The translations under genes were made by a program, and so were the position numbers. Source: an uncultured Candidatus Saccharibacteria bacterium (GTDB taxonomy: Bacteria > Patescibacteriota > Minisyncoccia > Phycocordibacterales > Zambryskibacteraceae). From it: a stretch of DNA of 64,000 nucleotides. The notes under the pieces were generated by a model. That model had not been told where the DNA came from and ran no database searches. It was given only the letters and a program-made list of their open reading frames with translations. Position 1 is the first letter of the stretch, and each line of letters starts with the position of its first letter. Where the stretch lies: contig CAZYVS010000001.1 of assembly GCA_964651655.1 (NCBI GenBank), forward strand, positions 5,132 to 69,131, read 5' to 3'. Below, in pieces: positions 58,885 through 64,000 of the stretch.

Positions 58885-59000
58885 TAGACACGGAGCAAAT
58901 GTAGGACAGAAAAACGTCACGGACGCCGACGGGCGGAGTGGAGTGTGCGTTTTGAGCACAAAACGATAGCGCGTTTTTCTGAACTATATTTGCGGAGTAT

Positions 59001-61103
59001 TTATTTCGCCACTTCAACAGCCTGGTCAAAAGAAATGGAAAGCAATTTAGAAATGCCGTCTGAACCCATAGTGACACCATAGATCACACCGGCGCGAGAC
59101 ATCGTCTCTCGATTATGAGTAATGAGAATAAGTTGCGAATGTTTCGACAAAGTTTCAACCAAGTCTCCGTATTTTTTAGAATTAGATTCATCGAGTGCCG
59201 CATCTGTCTCATCAAGGATAATGAACGGCGGCGGATTGACTTGAGAAACCGCGAAGATAAGAGCGATGGAAGTCAAGGCCCGCTCCCCGCCCGAGAGCAT
59301 GACGAGCCCGCGGATTTTTTTCTTAGGCAAGCTGACTTTAATGTCAAGACCCTCCTCAATTTCTTTTTCGACCTCCTCAAGGTCAGACCTTTCTAAATCC
59401 TCGAGGTTTGACCTTTTCCCGGTCTCTTTCGTCAAAACGAGACAAGCCTCTCCCCCGCCAAACATTGAAACAAAAAAGTTGCCGAATTCTTGGTTGATTT
59501 TTTCCAATCCGGAACTAAATTCAGATGCCAGACGCGTTTCCAATTCTTTAATAAGTTCGGCAAGAGTATCGGCCGATTTTTCCAGATCAAGTAATTCGCG
59601 CGCCAGAAACGCATCGCGTTCGGAAGTTTCTTTGTATTCCTTGTGAATATCGTCCATACCGGAAACATTGAAATCCTCAAGTCGAATTTTAAGCTTCTCA
59701 ATAATGCGTTTAGTGGCTTCCTGTTCTTCGCGGTTAACAGGCACGGAGACATCGCCTCCGCGTTCGTATTTGGACACGACAGGACCAACAAGATGGCCGA
59801 TCTCCTGAAGTTCTCTTCTGCACTCATCCTCAATCAGATTTAGGGAATCCTCGCGCAATTTCAGAAGGTTGAGTTTTGAACCAAGCTCATTTTCAAGAGA
59901 TTTAGTACGAAAAACTGCTTTCTCCGCCTCAGAAATTTTATGCTCTTTCTTTTTGATTATTATAAGTTTTTCTTCGAACTCTATTTGCTCTTTCTTAAGC
60001 TCTTTGATTCTCGCATGGGTTTTAGAAATAAATTTAGAATCTGTGGCATGTTTTCTTTCTGTTATGAAACTCCCTATTTTATCCTTGACTACACTAAGGT
60101 CTTGAAGGTGTTTTATATCTTCGTACAATTCTTCAACCTCTTTCAGTCTTACAGTCTTTAGCTCATCTGAAACAGAAAGTTTTTTCTCATTCTCGATCAG
60201 ACGTTCTTCGGCGATGATAAAACCGTCTATCTTGCCAATCTCCCGAGTCAATTCATCCTTCTCTTTTTGTATAGTGCTTAGTCCTGATTCTAATTCTATC
60301 AATTTCTTTGCTTCCTTCGACTCTTTAGAAAGATTTTCAAGTTCTATCTTCAGCGGCTCTTTCTCTTCTATTAACTTTTTTCTTGCAACGGAAATATAAT
60401 GCTCTTCATTTTGAAAATATTTTCTAGCTACCGAAAGAAGTTCTTGACGTTGGACTTCTGTTTTCTCTATTTTCTCTACTTGTTTTTTCAGAAACTTAAG
60501 GTGCGGCGCAATTTCCTTTCGCAAAGCTTCCACTTGCTGGATATTTTCAAAAGTCTTCTTGAGTTTGCGTTCGCTCTCCAGACGTTTGTATTGATAAAGT
60601 CTCAATCCCAAGGCGTCTTCTATCATCTCTTTCCGGTCCTTAGGACTGGCGCTAAGAATTTTGTCAGCTTCGCCTTGAGAAATAATATGATGGCCGGAGG
60701 CGCCGATATGAGTTCGAGCCAAAAGTTCCAAAATATCCCTAAGACGAACCTGACTGCCGTTGATACGATATTCGTTGAGTCCGTCTCTGTGAACTATGCG
60801 TTCAATTATCACTTCCAAAAAATCTACATCAAAGATTTTTTGAGTGTTATCAAAAGTGACCTTGACAGAGGCCCGATGGGCGCGCGGCTCGCTCACCGCC
60901 CCATTCCAGATCAAATCTTCCCCGCGTTTGCCGCGCATACTTTTGATAGATTGTTCTCCAAGCGCAAAACGAAAAGCCTCGGCCACGTTGGATTTGCCGG
61001 AACCGTTCGGGCCGACTATGGCCGCGATGGGCGAATCAAATTCAAAAACATTCTTTCTGGCAAAAGATTTAAATCCCGTAAGTTCTATACTTTTTAAATA
61101 CAT
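59001..61103 (-). CDS. smc: SMC-family chromosome segregation ATPase, short form
   Basis: GFKSFA, GPNGSGKSN, LSGGE, LDETDAALD. Confidence 0.88.
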   Translation of the reverse strand: MYLKSIELTGFKSFARKNVFEFDSPIAAIVGPNGSGKSNVAEAFRFALGEQSIKSMRGKRGEDLIWNGAVSEPRAHRASVKVTFDNTQKIFDVDFLEVIIERIVHRDGLNEYRINGSQVRLRDILELLARTHIGASGHHIISQGEADKILSASPKDRKEMIEDALGLRLYQYKRLESERKLKKTFENIQQVEALRKEIAPHLKFLKKQVEKIEKTEVQRQELLSVARKYFQNEEHYISVARKKLIEEKEPLKIELENLSKESKEAKKLIELESGLSTIQKEKDELTREIGKIDGFIIAEERLIENEKKLSVSDELKTVRLKEVEELYEDIKHLQDLSVVKDKIGSFITERKHATDSKFISKTHARIKELKKEQIEFEEKLIIIKKKEHKISEAEKAVFRTKSLENELGSKLNLLKLREDSLNLIEDECRRELQEIGHLVGPVVSKYERGGDVSVPVNREEQEATKRIIEKLKIRLEDFNVSGMDDIHKEYKETSERDAFLARELLDLEKSADTLAELIKELETRLASEFSSGLEKINQEFGNFFVSMFGGGEACLVLTKETGKRSNLEDLERSDLEEVEKEIEEGLDIKVSLPKKKIRGLVMLSGGERALTSIALIFAVSQVNPPPFIILDETDAALDESNSKKYGDLVETLSKHSQLILITHNRETMSRAGVIYGVTMGSDGISKLLSISFDQAVEVAK

Positions 61104-61147
61104 ATTACTTGTGGTGAGCTTGCCCCGCCGTGGCGGGGCGAGTCGAA

Positions 61148-61837
61148 CTACTTCCAGCCTTTGGCCTCAAGGGCCTGGCGAGCGGCTTCTTGCTCTGCGT
61201 CTTGTTTGGATTTGCCTTCTCCTTTGCCATAGACTTCCTCGTTTACATAGACTCCGACCACAAAGCGTTTGTCGTGGTCGGGGCCCGATTCGCGTATAGT
61301 TTTGTAGATAGGAGTCATACTCATATACTCTTGGGCTTTTTCTTGGAAACGACTTTTGGCGTCTATCCAATCGCCGGTAGCAAGAATATTCTCCACAAGT
61401 GGCGCGATATGGGTCAGAATGAAATTCTTGGCGATATCATACCCCCGGTCAAGATAGATGGCGCCGATAATGGCTTCCAAAGTGTTAGCCAGAATATACT
61501 GTCGCGCTCGGCCGGTGTCTTTTAATTCTCCTTTTGAGAGCAGAAGAAATTCGTTGGCGCCGAGAGTTTGGGCTACTTGGCTGCAAGTATCGGCATTGAC
61601 CAGCGCCGATCGCAAGGCGGTCAACTCCCCCTCATCTGAATGTTTAAGGCGTTCGTACAAATATCCGGTAATGGCCAATTCCAAAACCGCATCTCCCAGA
61701 AATTCCAGTCGTTCATTATGTTCCAGAGCCAGATCGCGATTTTCATTGATATATGAACGATGAGTAAAAGCTTGCTTTAACAAATTTTTGTCTTTAAATA
61801 CCACTCCGGCTCTTTTTTCAAATTTATCGAAATTCAT
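61148..61837 (-). CDS. rnc: ribonuclease III
   Basis: HNERLEFLGDAVL; C-terminal dsRBD. Confidence 0.97.
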   Translation of the reverse strand: MNFDKFEKRAGVVFKDKNLLKQAFTHRSYINENRDLALEHNERLEFLGDAVLELAITGYLYERLKHSDEGELTALRSALVNADTCSQVAQTLGANEFLLLSKGELKDTGRARQYILANTLEAIIGAIYLDRGYDIAKNFILTHIAPLVENILATGDWIDAKSRFQEKAQEYMSMTPIYKTIRESGPDHDKRFVVGVYVNEEVYGKGEGKSKQDAEQEAARQALEAKGWK

Positions 61838-61887
61838 ATAATTTATGGTGAGTTTATTTATGGTGAGCTTGTCGAATTATCGAACCA

Positions 61888-62799
61888 CTATTTAGATTCG
61901 GCTAATTTTGTTATGGCTTTGGTTACTATAGGCAGAATATCATCATAAAAATTTAAATCCAAGATGTCCGCAAGCTTAAACCAGCGCACATCATCCAAAC
62001 CGCCTTGCTCCTCTTTTTTCTCAAGCGTCAGTTCTTGGTACGACGCTTCAGCCAGAAAGTAGGCAACGTGTTTCAAGATCTTACCCTTCTCTGGATGATA
62101 GGTCGAATACGCGTTCTCTCCAAGCCGTTCAAGAATATCGATGGGTATGCCGAGTTCTTCTTGCGCCTCGCGACGAAGACCTTCTTCCTCGCTTTCTTGG
62201 CCCTCAAGTTTGCCTTTGGTCAGGGTCCAGTGACCGAAGACATCATGCACCAGCGCCATATAAATATTATTCTCATGGCGAGCAAAGACCACCGCGCCGG
62301 CTAAACGCTCAACTGGTAATTTGTCGAGCGGCACATTGCCGTATTTCTTTTTTGGTTTCGGCTGGTCGAATTTGCCAGGCTCTCCCATCTCTTTGTAAAC
62401 GGCTCCGAGCACTCCATTGATAAACTTGCCGGAAGTGTCGCCGCCAAAAGTTTTGGCCAGTTCAATAGCTTCGTTGATAGCTACTTTCGGCGGCACTTCC
62501 TTGCGGTCCGCGAACAAAAGTTCGGCCAAACCGATGCGTAAAATATTTCTGTCAACAACGGAGATTTTATTAATCGGCCAATCCGGCGCCGCTTTTTCTA
62601 TCAAAACATCGAGGTTTTTCTTTTTCTCCAACACTAGTTTCAAAAGATTGTTCATAAACGGCCTATCGTTCGTGCCCGGCGCAAATTCTTGAACCGTGCG
62701 CTCAAAGATCGGAAAAATATCTCCAGTTTTAGCGCCTTCAAAATCCCATTCAAAGAGAGTCTGGAGAACAATTGACCTAGATAAATGTCGGTTGGACAT
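61888..62799 (-). CDS. nusB: NusB fused to a C-terminal NUDIX hydrolase domain
   Basis: DRNILRIG, VAINEAIELAK, FINGVLG; then KGKLE...REAQEELG Nudix box. Confidence 0.88.
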   Translation of the reverse strand: MSNRHLSRSIVLQTLFEWDFEGAKTGDIFPIFERTVQEFAPGTNDRPFMNNLLKLVLEKKKNLDVLIEKAAPDWPINKISVVDRNILRIGLAELLFADRKEVPPKVAINEAIELAKTFGGDTSGKFINGVLGAVYKEMGEPGKFDQPKPKKKYGNVPLDKLPVERLAGAVVFARHENNIYMALVHDVFGHWTLTKGKLEGQESEEEGLRREAQEELGIPIDILERLGENAYSTYHPEKGKILKHVAYFLAEASYQELTLEKKEEQGGLDDVRWFKLADILDLNFYDDILPIVTKAITKLAESK

Positions 62800-62822
62800 A
62801 AAGAACAAAAGAACTTAAAAAA

Positions 62823-63026
62823 CTACTTGACTTTTTTCGCCTGTTTTTCCAGTTTAGCCGTTAAATCAATAACTTTTCTACCGCGATAAGTGCCGGTCGC
62901 TTTCGAAAGCCGATGCCGTAAATGAAAATTGCCCGACTCATCCTTGGATAAAGCGGGTTTTGAGAGCGCGTGATGAGAACGCCTGTTTCTGGTATGAGAC
63001 CTCGTATGCCTCATTCGTACTGTCAT
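62823..63026 (-). CDS. rpmF: 50S ribosomal protein L32 (Zn-less form)
   Basis: MRHTRSHTRNRRSHHAL...HR....G.YRGR. Confidence 0.88.
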   Translation of the reverse strand: MTVRMRHTRSHTRNRRSHHALSKPALSKDESGNFHLRHRLSKATGTYRGRKVIDLTAKLEKQAKKVK

Positions 63027-63114
63027 AACCCCACTCTATCACCAACTTTTCCAAAAGAAAAGCCCCGCACTCGCTGCGCGTCAGGTCAACGCGAAACGAG
63101 TGAGGGAACTTTGG

Positions 63115-63708
63115 TCACCATCTCTTCGGATAGGCGGCAACGGCGGCCCTCTGCTCATCCGTGAGCTCTTTTGGCTTCCACCCACGAATGATGTCGAAGT
63201 AGCGTTCGCAGACTTTAGGATTATCGACAGCGGCCCATGTTAACACCGCCTTGGTCGCTAGGAGATGGAAAGGTACCGTGCCCTTCTCCTCAATCTCGCA
63301 CAGCCAATCTTCAGCGGTAACCATTTTGAGAGGGCCAAGAACCTCGTCCGGATCATCCCTGTCTACAGTCTCAAAAGTCCTCAGGCACTGTTCCGGCACA
63401 TACACCGGAAAAGCAACCTTGAGATGAATACCGCCCGGGTGGTACTCATCAGGCCCACACCTGACAAGTATAGGCGTCGGCGACAGTATCTTCATCGCAA
63501 ACACCCTGCCACCCCGCGCCTCACTGAAGACACCGTTGAGAAGGGTCTCCAGAATGGATTGACCATTTTTTCCACCTTCCGTGATATGCCGGATGGAAGT
63601 CTTACCTTCACTTTCTATCAGATAAGTCATCCGAGCAATCTCCAGTAAGCCGCTCTTACCATCAATCTTCACGATCGGGGTAGAGACACTATGACTCGTA
63701 ATCTCCAT
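63115..63708 (-). CDS. hypothetical protein (possibly degenerate NUDIX-like)
   Basis: SD GGGAG; 197 aa; no confident motif. Confidence 0.45.
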   Translation of the reverse strand: MEITSHSVSTPIVKIDGKSGLLEIARMTYLIESEGKTSIRHITEGGKNGQSILETLLNGVFSEARGGRVFAMKILSPTPILVRCGPDEYHPGGIHLKVAFPVYVPEQCLRTFETVDRDDPDEVLGPLKMVTAEDWLCEIEEKGTVPFHLLATKAVLTWAAVDNPKVCERYFDIIRGWKPKELTDEQRAAVAAYPKRW

Positions 63709-63750
63709 GATAATTCTCCCTTCTGTAGTCTACCCAAGATTATACTACAT

Positions 63751-64000
63751 TTATTTACCTTTTGTCAACCGCGTTAAAAAACTCCGACGATGAATAATTG
63801 TCGGGCCGAATTTTCGAATGGCTTGTCGATGCTCGAGGGTGCCATAACCCTTGTGTTTCTGAAAATTAAATTCCGGAAATTTCTTTGAAAGTTTGACCAT
63901 CTTTTTGTCTCGGATCACTTTAGCCACGATGGAGGCCAGAGACACAATCGGGATTTTCTCATCCCCTCTTACCACTGTAAGTTGATGAATAAATTCTTCC
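63751..64000 (-). CDS. rnhB: ribonuclease HII (3' part; gene continues beyond the window)
   Basis: GD...ASIVAKV.RD...KHKGYGT..H...HRRSF. Confidence 0.9.
   Translation of the reverse strand, partial: EEFIHQLTVVRGDEKIPIVSLASIVAKVIRDKKMVKLSKKFPEFNFQKHKGYGTLEHRQAIRKFGPTIIHRRSFLTRLTKGK

Overview
Chromosomal segment of a small-genome bacterium, most likely Patescibacteria/CPR (Parcubacteria-like). This is inferred from the gene repertoire, the short SMC/IF2/DnaX, the many orphan ORFs and the leaderless-looking starts. The backbone is housekeeping: pyrG, a glycogen cluster (GH57-glgA-glgP), ftsEX, murA, dnaX, dusB, serS, dprA, topA, relA/spoT, parB, a P-type ATPase, miaA, merA, clpB, infB, rbfA, rnr, smc, rnc, nusB, rpmG, rpmF, rnhB and 10 intact tRNAs. 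There is also a cluster of secreted Asn/Thr/Gly-repeat proteins at 13.4-20.9 kb. The most unusual signal is a set of miniature selfish-DNA-like features. (1) At two independent tRNA loci (Trp, Gln), a stand-alone short GIY-YIG nuclease gene sits between a duplicated tRNA 5' half and the intact tRNA; no integrase is present, and the relic halves are themselves interrupted by palindromes. (2) At least five families of 20-65 bp palindromes are scattered through the window and are inserted in frame into essential genes (topA x3, miaA x3, merA x2-3, murA, dusB, smc, infB, nifS-like). (3) Candidate cognate proteins are each flanked by their own palindrome family: a RAYT/HUH transposase, a TrpR-like YerC/YecD protein and GIY-YIG nucleases. 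All calls are by eye, without database searches.
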